Shown here piece by piece: positions 10,524 to 21,102 of a stretch of DNA of 60,912 bases (its first letter is position 1; each line of letters opens with the position of its first letter). The DNA is taken from positions 1 to 60,912 of the IMG/VR virus record IMGVR_UViG_3300038620_000113; one strand, given 5' to 3'. The stretch is from a virus. Lineage: Duplodnaviria; Caudoviricetes. The notes below the pieces were generated by a model. That model did no database searches. It was not told the DNA's origin and saw only the letters and a list, made by a program, of their open reading frames with translations. The position numbers were made by a program, and so were the translations under genes.

Positions 10524-11744
10524 CTATTCTTCAGGTTCATCACTTTCTTTAATTTCATCAACATCAAGTTCAAAACTTTCAGAAAAATCCTCAAATTCAA
10601 ACTTAGGCTTAATAGCTTTTTCATCTATCTTTTCAAGAACAACATCATTAAATACTTTTGGGTTAAAAAATCCTTTAGAATCATTTGTAGGTACAGTATC
10701 ACAAAGATGTTTAATAACAAAGTTTCTAGCATTTGGATTGGGTTCAAAACGATAAACTTCTTCAAGTTCACCAGTTTCTTCATTAAACATTTCAATTATC
10801 TTATCATCGTTAGGATCATAAGTTTCCATTTCTTTCTTTTTAAGTTTTTCAAGTTTTCCACGACCAATTCCACAAACATCCCAACTTACATAATCTTGAA
10901 GTCCAACATAAGGATTCATTCCTTCTGTAAAACTAACATGGATTTTAACAGTGCTAGGAATTGTTAGTCTTGACTTAAAAGGATTAACAGTTATAATAAC
11001 ACCTGTTTTTTGTTTATCAGAATCTTTTTGATATGCTTTACTCAGCATTCCAACAAAACTAGCAGGATAAATTGCACCATCACCACCTTTTATGGCACGT
11101 GGGTCGCCGTATGCATTCATGGAATTATAAACTTGATTTGTATAAATCATTGGTATTTCAAGATTAGCAAATCTTGAAACAGTCAAACGAAAAAGCTTTC
11201 TGATTTCTCTGGCAGGCGTAAAATCCTGTTTTGTTTCATTTTTTTGAACATCCTCAATTTCTTTTTCAGTTGCAAGTTGATTTAGTGAATCAAGAATAAC
11301 AACTGTTTTTAAGTCATCATTTGAAAGTTTGTTATCTTCTTTATGTTTTTCAAAAGTAGTTGCAAGACGTTCAAAATAATGATGGGCTTCCTTAAATGTA
11401 CCAACTAAAACATGCCTAAAACCTTCAAGATCAATACCGAACTTTTTAACTTGTTCGGGTTCAATGGCATTTTCAGAATCAACAAATATTACATAATATC
11501 CTTTATCTTGAAATTGCTTTGCTGCATTCAAACACAAAAAGGTTTTTCCTGTTTGGGGTTCACCCGCAAAAGAAACGAGTCTATTGCCCGGGTAGCCTCG
11601 AAATATACTGCCTGATATACAAGCATTAAGAAGATAATTTCCTGTATGAATGTATTCGCGAATTCCACGAATGTTAGACATGTTATCGCCTCTATCATCA
11701 AATTCTGAAACCAAACTGCTAATATTTTTGAAAGCGTTGCTCAT
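10524..11744 (-). CDS. uvsX: RecA-like recombinase
   Basis: GEPQTGKT, VDSENA, LDSL, TNQVY, GG.G..Y. Confidence 0.9.
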   Translation of the reverse strand: MSNAFKNISSLVSEFDDRGDNMSNIRGIREYIHTGNYLLNACISGSIFRGYPGNRLVSFAGEPQTGKTFLCLNAAKQFQDKGYYVIFVDSENAIEPEQVKKFGIDLEGFRHVLVGTFKEAHHYFERLATTFEKHKEDNKLSNDDLKTVVILDSLNQLATEKEIEDVQKNETKQDFTPAREIRKLFRLTVSRFANLEIPMIYTNQVYNSMNAYGDPRAIKGGDGAIYPASFVGMLSKAYQKDSDKQKTGVIITVNPFKSRLTIPSTVKIHVSFTEGMNPYVGLQDYVSWDVCGIGRGKLEKLKKKEMETYDPNDDKIIEMFNEETGELEEVYRFEPNPNARNFVIKHLCDTVPTNDSKGFFNPKVFNDVVLEKIDEKAIKPKFEFEDFSESFELDVDEIKESDEPEE

Positions 11745-11801
11745 AATTACTCTACTTTTTATTTATGTTTTACAATACTAATATAGAAAAAATACAATGA
11801 T

Positions 11802-12695
11802 TTACAAAATTTTATTCATTCCTAAAAGTTCTTGGCATCTTGGATTTATCCAGATAGATTCAGTTCTGGCAGCATGTTTTGTAGCTGATCCCTTTCCTTG
11901 TAATTTACTTCCTTTTATTCTTCCAGCCATGTATGAAGATGTTGCAAAATCAAATCTTTTCCAATTACAATCTTCTAGTTGTTTATAAATTTCATTATTA
12001 TAACCAGATAAAGTTACAGAGCCTTTACAGTTTAAAATTAAATCAATCAAGTTAGAATGGTGGCTATCAGTCATTTCATATTTGTACTCCTCTTTCTGGC
12101 GGGTAGAACGAACATAAGGAGGATCAAGATAAAAGACTGTACTCGGATTGTCGTATTGTTTAATAATTTCTAAAGCATCTTGGTTATGTAAGTAAGTATT
12201 TTTTAAGCGTTTGTTCCATGATTCAAACATATTTTGACGGAGTATCCATTTTGAAGATACTCCCGCCATGTTTTTTTTAGAAGTTAATATATTACGACTC
12301 CAACTACTATCACTTTTAATGTAGGTACCACTAAACCCTTTGTTAAACACTATATAAAAGGCCCAAAACCTTTCAAATTCATTACTATGTTCTTCTTCAT
12401 TCCAAAACCATTTCAAACATTTAGCAAGTTCTTTTCTAGAAAAAAAAGTTTGGTTAATGATCTTTTCCATCTTTTGATAGTCATCCCGTAAAATTCGATA
12501 AAGATTGATTATATCCAAATTAAGTTCATTAAGAACTTCAGTTTCTACAGGATTTCTATAAAAGAAAAGGTTAGCTGCACCTGCATAAGGTTCTACATAG
12601 ATAGATGTTCTAGGGATAAACTTGTTTATCTTAGTCTTATGATTTCCTTTTCCTCCCATATACTGAAAAGGGGGAATTAAATCATTCTTTTTCAT
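11802..12695 (-). CDS. DNA adenine methyltransferase, copy 2
   Basis: same motifs as copy 1. Confidence 0.92.
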   Translation of the reverse strand: MKKNDLIPPFQYMGGKGNHKTKINKFIPRTSIYVEPYAGAANLFFYRNPVETEVLNELNLDIINLYRILRDDYQKMEKIINQTFFSRKELAKCLKWFWNEEEHSNEFERFWAFYIVFNKGFSGTYIKSDSSWSRNILTSKKNMAGVSSKWILRQNMFESWNKRLKNTYLHNQDALEIIKQYDNPSTVFYLDPPYVRSTRQKEEYKYEMTDSHHSNLIDLILNCKGSVTLSGYNNEIYKQLEDCNWKRFDFATSSYMAGRIKGSKLQGKGSATKHAARTESIWINPRCQELLGMNKIL

Positions 12696-12698
12696 AAA

Positions 12699-13592
12699 TT
12701 AAAATATTTTATTGGAACCTAAAAGTTCTTGGCATCTTGAATTAATCCATATAGATTCGGTTCGGGGAGCATGTTTTGTAGCTGATCCTTTTCCTTGTAA
12801 TTTACTTCCTTTTATTCTTCCAGCCATACTAGAAGATGTTGCAAAATCAAATCTTTTCCAATTACAATCTTCTAGTTGTTTATAAATTTCATTATTATAA
12901 CCAGATAAAGTTACAGAGCCTTTACAGTTTAAAATTAAATCAATTAACTTTTGATGATGAGAATCAGACATTTCATGCTTATATTCCCCACTTTTTCGTG
13001 TGGATTCAACATAAGGTGGATCAAGATAAAATACTGTATCTGGGCTATCATATTTTTTAATTATATCTAAAGCATCTTGATTATATAAGTTTACATTCTT
13101 TAAGCGAGAATGCCATTCCGCAAAAAGGTTATTTCGGGTGCTACTTCTTGAAGTAGCACTAGCTCGATTATTTGTTGATGTTAATATTTCACGTCCCCAA
13201 CTACCATCACTTGTAACTTGAATTCCACCAAACCCCTGATTAAACATAGTATAAAAAGCCCAAAATCTTTCTAACTCATTATTATATTTTTTTTCATTCC
13301 AAAACCATTTTAAACATTTAGAAAATTCTTTACGAGAATAAAAAGTTAAGTTAATGATTTTTTCAATGTTTTGATAATCATCTCTAAGAATAGAGTAAAG
13401 GTTAAATATATCTGAATTTAATTCATTCAAAACTTCTGTTTCTACTGGTTGACGGTAAAAGAAAAGATTCGCAGCTCCAGCATATGGTTCTACATAGATA
13501 GATGTTCGAGGGATGAATTTATTAACTTGAACTTTATTACTTCCTTTTCCTCCCATATACCGAAAAGGAGGAATTAAATCTTTCTTTTTCAT
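12699..13592 (-). CDS. DNA adenine methyltransferase, copy 3
   Basis: same motifs as copy 1. Confidence 0.92.
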   Translation of the reverse strand: MKKKDLIPPFRYMGGKGSNKVQVNKFIPRTSIYVEPYAGAANLFFYRQPVETEVLNELNSDIFNLYSILRDDYQNIEKIINLTFYSRKEFSKCLKWFWNEKKYNNELERFWAFYTMFNQGFGGIQVTSDGSWGREILTSTNNRASATSRSSTRNNLFAEWHSRLKNVNLYNQDALDIIKKYDSPDTVFYLDPPYVESTRKSGEYKHEMSDSHHQKLIDLILNCKGSVTLSGYNNEIYKQLEDCNWKRFDFATSSSMAGRIKGSKLQGKGSATKHAPRTESIWINSRCQELLGSNKIF

Positions 13593-13595
13593 AAA

Positions 13596-14864
13596 TTAAA
13601 ATATTGAATTAAATACCACAAGAGAATCACTAAGTTCTGAATAACCCATAACCTTAATAAATCTGTTAATAGTATTAAGAAATGTTACTCGAAACATTGT
13701 ATCATAATCAAACTTAGGTGCAATCTCTTGAGGAAAATCGCCCACTTTATATGCAAATACATTAACTGCGTTACTGCTTAACTTTGTATCAACATTTGTA
13801 TGTATATAGTAATACTTAATTTTTTCACCAGATAATATAAACTGATATTTGTCTTTATACTTTGAGTTATAAAGTAAATAATTATAATAAGCTGCAGCTT
13901 TTAACTGAATGGGGGTTCCCTTGTGAATTTCTAACGCAGTAGTATCATTAATAATCCAGTTTTCATAGTTATTGCAACTCTTTGTAATAGCAATATCTTC
14001 TATATCGCAAAGCTTGTATTCTTTTTTAATTTCACTTATGTTTTTAACAAACTCATTTATAGAAAAGTTTTTAGAATTCTTAAATATATAAACAAGTTGT
14101 TCTTTAATTTTATCTCGAACAAACTTTGGGGTTTCACCTCTTACAAGTTCTACACCTTTTGATGAAAGATTGTCATAAGGGTTTTTGATAAGCTTTTCAA
14201 AATTTCTATTAAGCGATCCATCCGAATCAAAACCTGTAGGTTCCCACCTTGGAGCCAACACATACTTTTTCTTTGCAAGCCAAAGTCCGGTTACTGAATA
14301 AGCTTCTGGTTCAAAAACCTGATAAGGTTTGCCACGATTATTATAATATGGCACATAAAATTCATTAGAAAGTTTTTTAAGTTTATTTTCTATAACACCT
14401 TTTAATCTGTTATTATAAAGAGTTACTATATAATCAATTTCATCAGTATTATCAGGATTTATATTAGTACTTTTAAAAACTTGATCCAATTCAACATAGT
14501 TTGAATCTGTATCAATATAATTAACGACATTTTCTTTTATCGGCTTAACCTTTTCATGATTTATACCCATTGCAGTATGAAGTTCTTTATCTTTATGCCA
14601 TGCTTTCTTAAAGTAATTATCAATTACATGAGCCATTTCTTTAATTTGCTTTTGCCCTTGCAATGTTACAGCTTCTGCAACATTTTCATTGTAACATGTA
14701 AAATTTTTATAGCCAATGGTTCCATACATAGAATTAATAAGAATCTTAAATGCACTAGCTTGATTATCATAAAAATCTTTAAGATGTTTAAGACGTTTAA
14801 TTTCAGATTCTATTTCATCTTTAGTTGGATTTTCGGAAAGATTTGCATAATTGAATTCTTCCAT
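13596..14864 (-). CDS. family B DNA polymerase, C-terminal subunit (gp43B-like)
   Basis: KILINSMYG, YIDTDS, KKKY, KGVE; lacks exonuclease and DxxSLYP. Confidence 0.88.
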   Translation of the reverse strand: MEEFNYANLSENPTKDEIESEIKRLKHLKDFYDNQASAFKILINSMYGTIGYKNFTCYNENVAEAVTLQGQKQIKEMAHVIDNYFKKAWHKDKELHTAMGINHEKVKPIKENVVNYIDTDSNYVELDQVFKSTNINPDNTDEIDYIVTLYNNRLKGVIENKLKKLSNEFYVPYYNNRGKPYQVFEPEAYSVTGLWLAKKKYVLAPRWEPTGFDSDGSLNRNFEKLIKNPYDNLSSKGVELVRGETPKFVRDKIKEQLVYIFKNSKNFSINEFVKNISEIKKEYKLCDIEDIAITKSCNNYENWIINDTTALEIHKGTPIQLKAAAYYNYLLYNSKYKDKYQFILSGEKIKYYYIHTNVDTKLSSNAVNVFAYKVGDFPQEIAPKFDYDTMFRVTFLNTINRFIKVMGYSELSDSLVVFNSIF

Positions 14865-14906
14865 GTTTTATTAACTTTAGTTTTTTAATAATATAGTATT
14901 ATTATA

Positions 14907-15380
14907 CTAATTTAATTCATTTTTTATAAATTTAGAAACTTCTTTTATTTTGTTTTTTCTTACAATATGTTTCACAGTTTCAGAAAAAGAATCAAAAGAA
15001 AGATAAAAATTATTATTAATTGCATAATAAACATTGAATTGGTCAATATAATTATAAAATTCTTTATTAGTAACCGATAAACCATTCACAGCAGTAATAT
15101 AGCATGGCCCATCCGTTCTACTAAAAATACAAGCAGGAATAACTCTTAAAACTGAAGGTGAACGACCCGAAATATTATAAATACTACTAAAACAACCAAA
15201 GTAAAATTTAATAAAGTAATGGCTATTAACTGAAGATAGACGATAACCATAACAAAATCTTTCTAACTTTTTGTATTTAAAGTAACTTTCTTTTTGAAAA
15301 ATCTCATCAACACCAAAAATATAAAGTAAATCTTCATCTTTATAGAGTAAAAGCTTTCTAAACTTTTTATAATTTACCAT
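14907..15380 (-). CDS. hypothetical protein (MVNxKK/DGP paralog family)
   Basis: MVNYKKF start, SRTDGPC, C-terminal KNKIK. Confidence 0.55.
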   Translation of the reverse strand: MVNYKKFRKLLLYKDEDLLYIFGVDEIFQKESYFKYKKLERFCYGYRLSSVNSHYFIKFYFGCFSSIYNISGRSPSVLRVIPACIFSRTDGPCYITAVNGLSVTNKEFYNYIDQFNVYYAINNNFYLSFDSFSETVKHIVRKNKIKEVSKFIKNELN

Positions 15381-15552
15381 AGTTTATGTAAAGATTTTAA
15401 ATATGTTGAAATTACATTTTCCTTTTTTGAAGTATTATTAAGTACAACGTAACCTATTGTTATTGTTCTGTTAAAAGGGACCGTATTATAATACGATCCC
15501 GAATAACAATAGAAGTAAAATTGATTTTGAGTTTTTGTTGGTCTATTCATAG

Positions 15553-15960
15553 TTACTCTTTTTTTGATGGAATATGTGAAAGTTCGTTGGTTGTATCTCT
15601 ATTAAGGGCTTCATTTTCTGAAAACTCTCCTTTAGAATACCGCTTAGACAATTTATTTATATTCCATTCTAAAACATCTAAATAAGAATAGCCAAGCTCA
15701 TTTGCAGCCAATATGGAGTTATAAATAGCCCTACCAACTTCATAATACATTAACTCACGTTCTACTGAATCACTTTCTACCCGCTTTTGGGCAGAATAAT
15801 GATATATTCTATGAATGTTAGAACTACAATTGGAAATCGAATTAATGTTACTATAAAGCTCCCCAGATACTTTAGATTCTTTGACTTCACCAAAGTTAAA
15901 TTTTGTACTTAGGGTTTTAAGTGCCTTCTTTTGATAATCTTGAAATGTCATTGTTTGCAA
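15553..15960 (-). CDS. MazG-like protein with degenerate active site
   Basis: MTFQDYQKKALKT and NINKLSKRY..FSE..ALNRD ends; acidic core lost. Confidence 0.6.
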   Translation of the reverse strand: MQTMTFQDYQKKALKTLSTKFNFGEVKESKVSGELYSNINSISNCSSNIHRIYHYSAQKRVESDSVERELMYYEVGRAIYNSILAANELGYSYLDVLEWNINKLSKRYSKGEFSENEALNRDTTNELSHIPSKKE

Positions 15961-15983
15961 CGTTTTAGTTAAAAAATAAATTA

Positions 15984-16367
15984 TTATAGATCGGCTCTCA
16001 AGATATCATTAATGTAATCTCTAAGAGCAGATTCCATATCGAAGTTCATATCATCACAGAGTGTGCTAAGATACCAGTTAAAATCCCCAATTTCTTCAAT
16101 TAGATTTTTACTATCTAAATCTTTACCATAAAAAATAGACTTTTTAGTAGCATCTAACAATTCACCTGCTTCACTTTGCATTCCCATAACAGCATGGATT
16201 CCTTGTTCACTAACAAATCCATTTGAGTTGATTCTAGGATTTGATGTACTGTTATCAATAAACTTTTCAATATCAAACAAGTCATTGTAATGGCTATTTA
16301 CTTCATTGTTTGATTTTTTACTTAGCTCAATTACTTGTTGTTCTAGCTGTTCTACTGTTTTTGACAT
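15984..16367 (-). CDS. MazG-like NTP pyrophosphohydrolase core
   Basis: GMQSEAGELLD..KK..FYG..EEIGDFNWY. Confidence 0.8.
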   Translation of the reverse strand: MSKTVEQLEQQVIELSKKSNNEVNSHYNDLFDIEKFIDNSTSNPRINSNGFVSEQGIHAVMGMQSEAGELLDATKKSIFYGKDLDSKNLIEEIGDFNWYLSTLCDDMNFDMESALRDYINDILRADL

Positions 16368-16422
16368 AACGATTTTTTATTTTGATTGAAAAATATATTA
16401 CAGTTAAGTTAATACAAAACTG

Positions 16423-17385
16423 TTATTCAATTTGCATGTGAACCAAACTAAATCCATCTGTAGCAGTTTTAGATGTAAATAAGCCCATCATTACATCATT
16501 TTGGATTTCAGAAAAGCGAACAATAAAATCTTCACTTGTAAGCTTAGCAAAAACGTCAGATCTTACAGCAAGATTCATGCTGGATTCCGATTGCATTTGT
16601 AGAAGTTTACCTCCATCCAGTTCCCACTGATTGCTTGGCGATGCAAATTTTACTTTTTCGGTATTAATATCAAAACTTAAATTGAAATAATCTTCATCTG
16701 AAAAGCTTAACAAATGTTTAACTTGATCAACTTGACTCTTTTGAAAATCCATTACAAAACTAACATTGTTTTCAGTCATTTCCTTAACAGTAAAAATCTT
16801 TTCATCTGGAATGAATGTAATAAGACTTACATCAGCAGCATCTAAGTAAATACTAACATGATCATCCCAAAATCCAATTCTATCAACAAACATCCGTTCA
16901 TCTTCCTTACTAACAGATTTACCACTTTCTTTGTATTGATACTGATGCACATCACTTACTACACTAATATCAATGTTTATACTTTTTCCTGTAAAAAAGT
17001 TTTTCAATGCATCAGATGCTTTTTTCAAGTTAGACATTCCAAAAATTGCTGGAACATCAGTTCCTTCATTCATTTCACTATAAAGGTTATTAACCTTTTC
17101 TTCCGAAAATTCAATTTCCAAAGATGAAAGTTCATCTGGTGTTAGCGAGAGTGACTCATTTTTAATAAGGGACTTATGTTGATTTGTTGCATTGGTATAA
17201 ATGCTAAAATTGTCATTTGTTGAATCCTTTTCAAGCAAATCCTTAAATTGGATAATAGCCTCATTTTCAACTTTTTTAATAGAGTTAAAAAATGATTCTA
17301 GTTTCTTTTTTGGTACGTTTTGTATACGAGCTGTGTAGTCCATAATAATAGTGTTTTTGATTGATAAAATTAAATGAATGTTCAT
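16423..17385 (-). CDS. possible sliding clamp (gp45-like); start may be 17343
   Basis: size, acidic alpha/beta composition, position heading the replication operon; no diagnostic motif. Confidence 0.35.
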   Translation of the reverse strand: MNIHLILSIKNTIIMDYTARIQNVPKKKLESFFNSIKKVENEAIIQFKDLLEKDSTNDNFSIYTNATNQHKSLIKNESLSLTPDELSSLEIEFSEEKVNNLYSEMNEGTDVPAIFGMSNLKKASDALKNFFTGKSINIDISVVSDVHQYQYKESGKSVSKEDERMFVDRIGFWDDHVSIYLDAADVSLITFIPDEKIFTVKEMTENNVSFVMDFQKSQVDQVKHLLSFSDEDYFNLSFDINTEKVKFASPSNQWELDGGKLLQMQSESSMNLAVRSDVFAKLTSEDFIVRFSEIQNDVMMGLFTSKTATDGFSLVHMQIE

Positions 17386-17443
17386 TCAATAAGCATTTCT
17401 AAAACAAATATAATAACTGTTTTTTTACTATGCAATAGTTGAG

Positions 17444-18142
17444 TTGAATAAATATAAAAAAATGTTAGCAGGTATAGATTTTAGCCTTAACTCAACTGCA
17501 ATTAGCATAGCTAATGAAAACAATGAAATAATCTTTTTTAATTTGTATAATACAGTTAAACGATATAATGGAAAAAAAGATATAAATTTGAAAGAATTTA
17601 CTAGTAATTATTCAGAATTAAAAATTCTTAATGAAATAAATGGAGTTAACATAGTACCGTTTACCATTGAATGGAATAAAGGTAATAACTACAATAGTAA
17701 ACAACAAACCAAGTTTAATAAGTTCCAAGAACATGTACAAAATATAACAAATTGTTTTAGGGAGTCAATAGGAAGTAGACCAAACAATAAACTATTTGCA
17801 CTTGAAGGATATTCTTACAACTCACAAACTAAATCTTTAATTGATATAGCGGAATGCACATCACTTTTAAAACTGGAACTATCAATATATTCAACTGATA
17901 ACAATGTTAATATTTTCAGCCCGTCTGAAATTAAAAAGACTGCAACTGGAAAAGGAAACTCTCCAAAATTAAACTTATTTTATTCTTTCTTAGAGGAAAA
18001 AGATAAAAGAATTAAGTACCTTCAACAATCAATAAACAACAACTATAGTACATTTCTTAAAAGGGAAATAGTAACATCACCACTTGATGATTTAATTGAT
18101 AGTTACTATGTGTTAAGAACCTTAGAAAAAAGTATTAAATAG
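17444..18142 (+). CDS. RuvC-like Holliday junction resolvase
   Basis: GIDFS, LEGYSY, PSEIKK.ATGKGN, DDLIDSY. Confidence 0.8.
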   Translation: MNKYKKMLAGIDFSLNSTAISIANENNEIIFFNLYNTVKRYNGKKDINLKEFTSNYSELKILNEINGVNIVPFTIEWNKGNNYNSKQQTKFNKFQEHVQNITNCFRESIGSRPNNKLFALEGYSYNSQTKSLIDIAECTSLLKLELSIYSTDNNVNIFSPSEIKKTATGKGNSPKLNLFYSFLEEKDKRIKYLQQSINNNYSTFLKREIVTSPLDDLIDSYYVLRTLEKSIK

Positions 18143-18159
18143 TTTTTAATTGTTTTTAA

Positions 18160-18500
18160 CTGTTTCAAAACTTAAACCGTTTCAAAACCCCCAAACTGAT
18201 TTAAAATATTTCCCACCCAGTTTGAAACTTCGTTCCACTTCGTTTCACCCACCCTATAATAGAACTATTTTCAATGTTTGCTAAGCAACCATAATAGAAG
18301 GGCGTTTGAAACAGGTTTGTTGGTAGCAGTTTGAAGAAATTTTGAAATTTATGTTTGAACAGTTTGAAGTATAATTTGAGTTGCAGTTTGAAGGGTTTGA
18401 ATTGTTGTTTTTTCTTTTAACCAGTATAAAAGTTTGTTTAATAAATAATTTCCCATACAAAAAATTTTACTATGAACTTTCGCGTTTGAACAATGTTAGT
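18160..18500. repeat. cluster of GTTTGAA / TTCAAA repeats; candidate replication origin
   Basis: about ten direct TTTGAA-type copies plus two inverted TTTCAAAAC in a 420-bp intergenic region. Confidence 0.5.
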
Positions 18501-18564
18501 TAAATTGCAGTTGAATCATTGTTCATTTAAGCATTAGTAAATAAAACTAAAAAAAATAAGCACT

Positions 18565-21090
18565 ATGCACGTAATAAACAGAAGCGGCAACAAAGAAACC
18601 CTAAAATTCGATAAAATACACAACAGAATAAAAAAGCAAACATATGGTCTTAATAATAAGTACATAGATTCCCATTCCATAGCACTTAAAACTTTTGAGG
18701 GTCTTTATGATAATGTTAAAACTAAAGACGTAGATAACCTTGTTGCAAATGTTTGTGCAGGAAAGGTTACAACTCATCCAGATTATTCTAAGCTTGCTGC
18801 CAGAATATCAATAAGTTCTCTTCATAAAGAAACTAAAAAACAATTTAGTAAAGTTGTTAGCGATCTTTATGATTTTTACAATAACAAGACAGGTGAAAGA
18901 AATTCACTTATATCTGATAAGTTGTATGAAATTGTAAAAAATCATTCTGATCAAATTGAAGATGTTATTGATCACGATCGTGATTTTAATTTTGACTTTT
19001 TTGGTTACAAAGTTTTAGAACGTGCATACTTGCTAAAAATTAATGATGAAGTGGTTGAACGCCCTCAGCATCTTTATATGAGAGTGGCGTTAGGCATTTA
19101 TCAGGATAGAATTCTTGAGGATTCTAGTTACCTGAAAGATGCGTTTAATATTTATGAAAGAGTTTCCCGTGGTTACTTTAGTTTTGCAACCCCTACTATG
19201 TTTAATGCAGGAACGCGGCGCCCACAATTAGCTTCCTGTTTCCTTATGACTACTGAAGATTCTATTGATGGAATTTTTAAGAATGCTACTAGAAGTGCCC
19301 AAATATCAAAAAATTCAGGGGGTATTGGTATTGACTTTACTAACGTTAGGTCAAACGGTTCTTATATTAGAGGAACTGGTGGTGTATCAAATGGTATTGT
19401 TCCAATGCTCAGAGTTTTCAATGAAATTGGTAAATATGTAAATCAGGGTGGTAAGCGTAAAGGATCGATTGCAGCATACATTGAACCGTGGCATCCCGAA
19501 ATTGAGGATTTTCTTAACCTACGTAAAAATCACGGAAAAGAAGAACTTCGCGCTAGAGATATATTTACAGCTATTTGGGTTCCAGATTTGTTTTTTAAGC
19601 GCTTAGAAAATGATGAAAACTGGTCTTTATTTGATCCAGATCAAGCACCAGATTTACACGATCTTTATGATTCTCCGAACGATAAAGCTTTTACACGAAG
19701 GTATCTTGAACTTGAACAAGAAGGATGTGCCCGTCGCACTGTTTCTGCTAAACATATCTGGCATAAAATCTTTGAATCAATTATGGAAACTGGTGTTCCT
19801 TATATTTTGGCGAAAGACACTATAAATTATAAGTCAAACCAAAAAAATCTTGGTAGTATTCGGTGTTCTAATTTGTGCGCAGAAATAGTTCTTCATACCA
19901 ATGAAAATGAAATCGCAGTTTGTAATCTTTCATCTATCGCACTAAACAAGTTTGTAAAAACAAGTCATGAAACAGATTCTAGAGTTAAAAAAATTATTAA
20001 AGATAAGTGTGAAGCAGAACACGACAGCGTCGAACACGTATATGATTTTGATGAACTTTATAATGTTACTTATTCTGTTACTAAAGCAGTAAACCGCGTT
20101 ATAGATGAAAACTATTATCCCAATGAAGATGCAAAACGTTCTAATATGAAGCACCGCCCAGTTGGAATAGGTGTTCAAGGACTTGCAGACTTATTTGCTA
20201 AGTTAAAAGTTCCATTTAATTCAAAAACAGCTCGTGAGTTAAATTGGAAAATATCCGAAACAATGTATTATGCAAGTCTTAAAGCTAGTGTAGATTTAGC
20301 TAAAGTTGATGGTCCTTATTCTACCTTTAAAGGTTCTCCTGCATCGGAAGGAATTCTTCAGTTTGACTTATCTACACATAAAGAATTAAAAATTAACAAA
20401 AACAATATTGAAGTAACTGATGAGCGACCTGTTCAATTATCAGATCGGTATGACTGGGATTCTCTTAAAAAAGAAATAATGGAATATGGGCTTCATAATT
20501 CGCAACTACTTGCTAATATGCCTACTGTTTCAAGTGCTAAAATATCTGGCAATCATGATTCTTTCGAACCGTTTTCTAACAACATATTTTCACAGCGCAC
20601 AATAGCGGGTGAATTTAAGGTGTTGAATCAACATTTAGTTTATGATTTAGAAAGCTTAGGTCTTTGGTCTGAAGATATGCGAGATAAACTTATTTGGAAT
20701 AAAGGATCAGTTCAAAATATTGATAGTATTCCTGAAAATATTAAAAATGTTTATAAAACTGTTTGGGAATATAAGCTAAAAGATTTAATTGATATGGAAG
20801 CTGATCGGGGACACTTTATTTGTCAAACCCAATCATTTAATCTTTTCTTTGAAGAGCTTAGTCTTCCTAGATTGACAACTGCAATATTATATAGTTGGAA
20901 AAAAGGAAATAAAACTTTGATGTATTATGGTAGAACAAAACCAGCAACATCAGCATTAACTGGTTTAGGAACATCAAAGAAAAAATCGAATGATGTTAGT
21001 GAAAGTGAAAAACAAGAATACCAGAAATGGTTACAAGAGCAAAAAGAAAAGTCTGAAAACGGTGAAGACTGTGAAGCATGTACAACTTAA
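18565..21090 (+). CDS. nrdA: ribonucleotide reductase class Ia alpha subunit
   Basis: ATP cone, ATPTMFNAG, ASCF, SNLCAEI, VCNL, MPT, C-terminal CEAC. Confidence 0.97.
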   Translation: MHVINRSGNKETLKFDKIHNRIKKQTYGLNNKYIDSHSIALKTFEGLYDNVKTKDVDNLVANVCAGKVTTHPDYSKLAARISISSLHKETKKQFSKVVSDLYDFYNNKTGERNSLISDKLYEIVKNHSDQIEDVIDHDRDFNFDFFGYKVLERAYLLKINDEVVERPQHLYMRVALGIYQDRILEDSSYLKDAFNIYERVSRGYFSFATPTMFNAGTRRPQLASCFLMTTEDSIDGIFKNATRSAQISKNSGGIGIDFTNVRSNGSYIRGTGGVSNGIVPMLRVFNEIGKYVNQGGKRKGSIAAYIEPWHPEIEDFLNLRKNHGKEELRARDIFTAIWVPDLFFKRLENDENWSLFDPDQAPDLHDLYDSPNDKAFTRRYLELEQEGCARRTVSAKHIWHKIFESIMETGVPYILAKDTINYKSNQKNLGSIRCSNLCAEIVLHTNENEIAVCNLSSIALNKFVKTSHETDSRVKKIIKDKCEAEHDSVEHVYDFDELYNVTYSVTKAVNRVIDENYYPNEDAKRSNMKHRPVGIGVQGLADLFAKLKVPFNSKTARELNWKISETMYYASLKASVDLAKVDGPYSTFKGSPASEGILQFDLSTHKELKINKNNIEVTDERPVQLSDRYDWDSLKKEIMEYGLHNSQLLANMPTVSSAKISGNHDSFEPFSNNIFSQRTIAGEFKVLNQHLVYDLESLGLWSEDMRDKLIWNKGSVQNIDSIPENIKNVYKTVWEYKLKDLIDMEADRGHFICQTQSFNLFFEELSLPRLTTAILYSWKKGNKTLMYYGRTKPATSALTGLGTSKKKSNDVSESEKQEYQKWLQEQKEKSENGEDCEACTT

Positions 21091-21102
21091 AAATCAATAA
21101 CT

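Noticed and set aside
18565-21090. Intron or intein in nrdA/nrdB
   Set aside because: Both reading frames are continuous and of normal length
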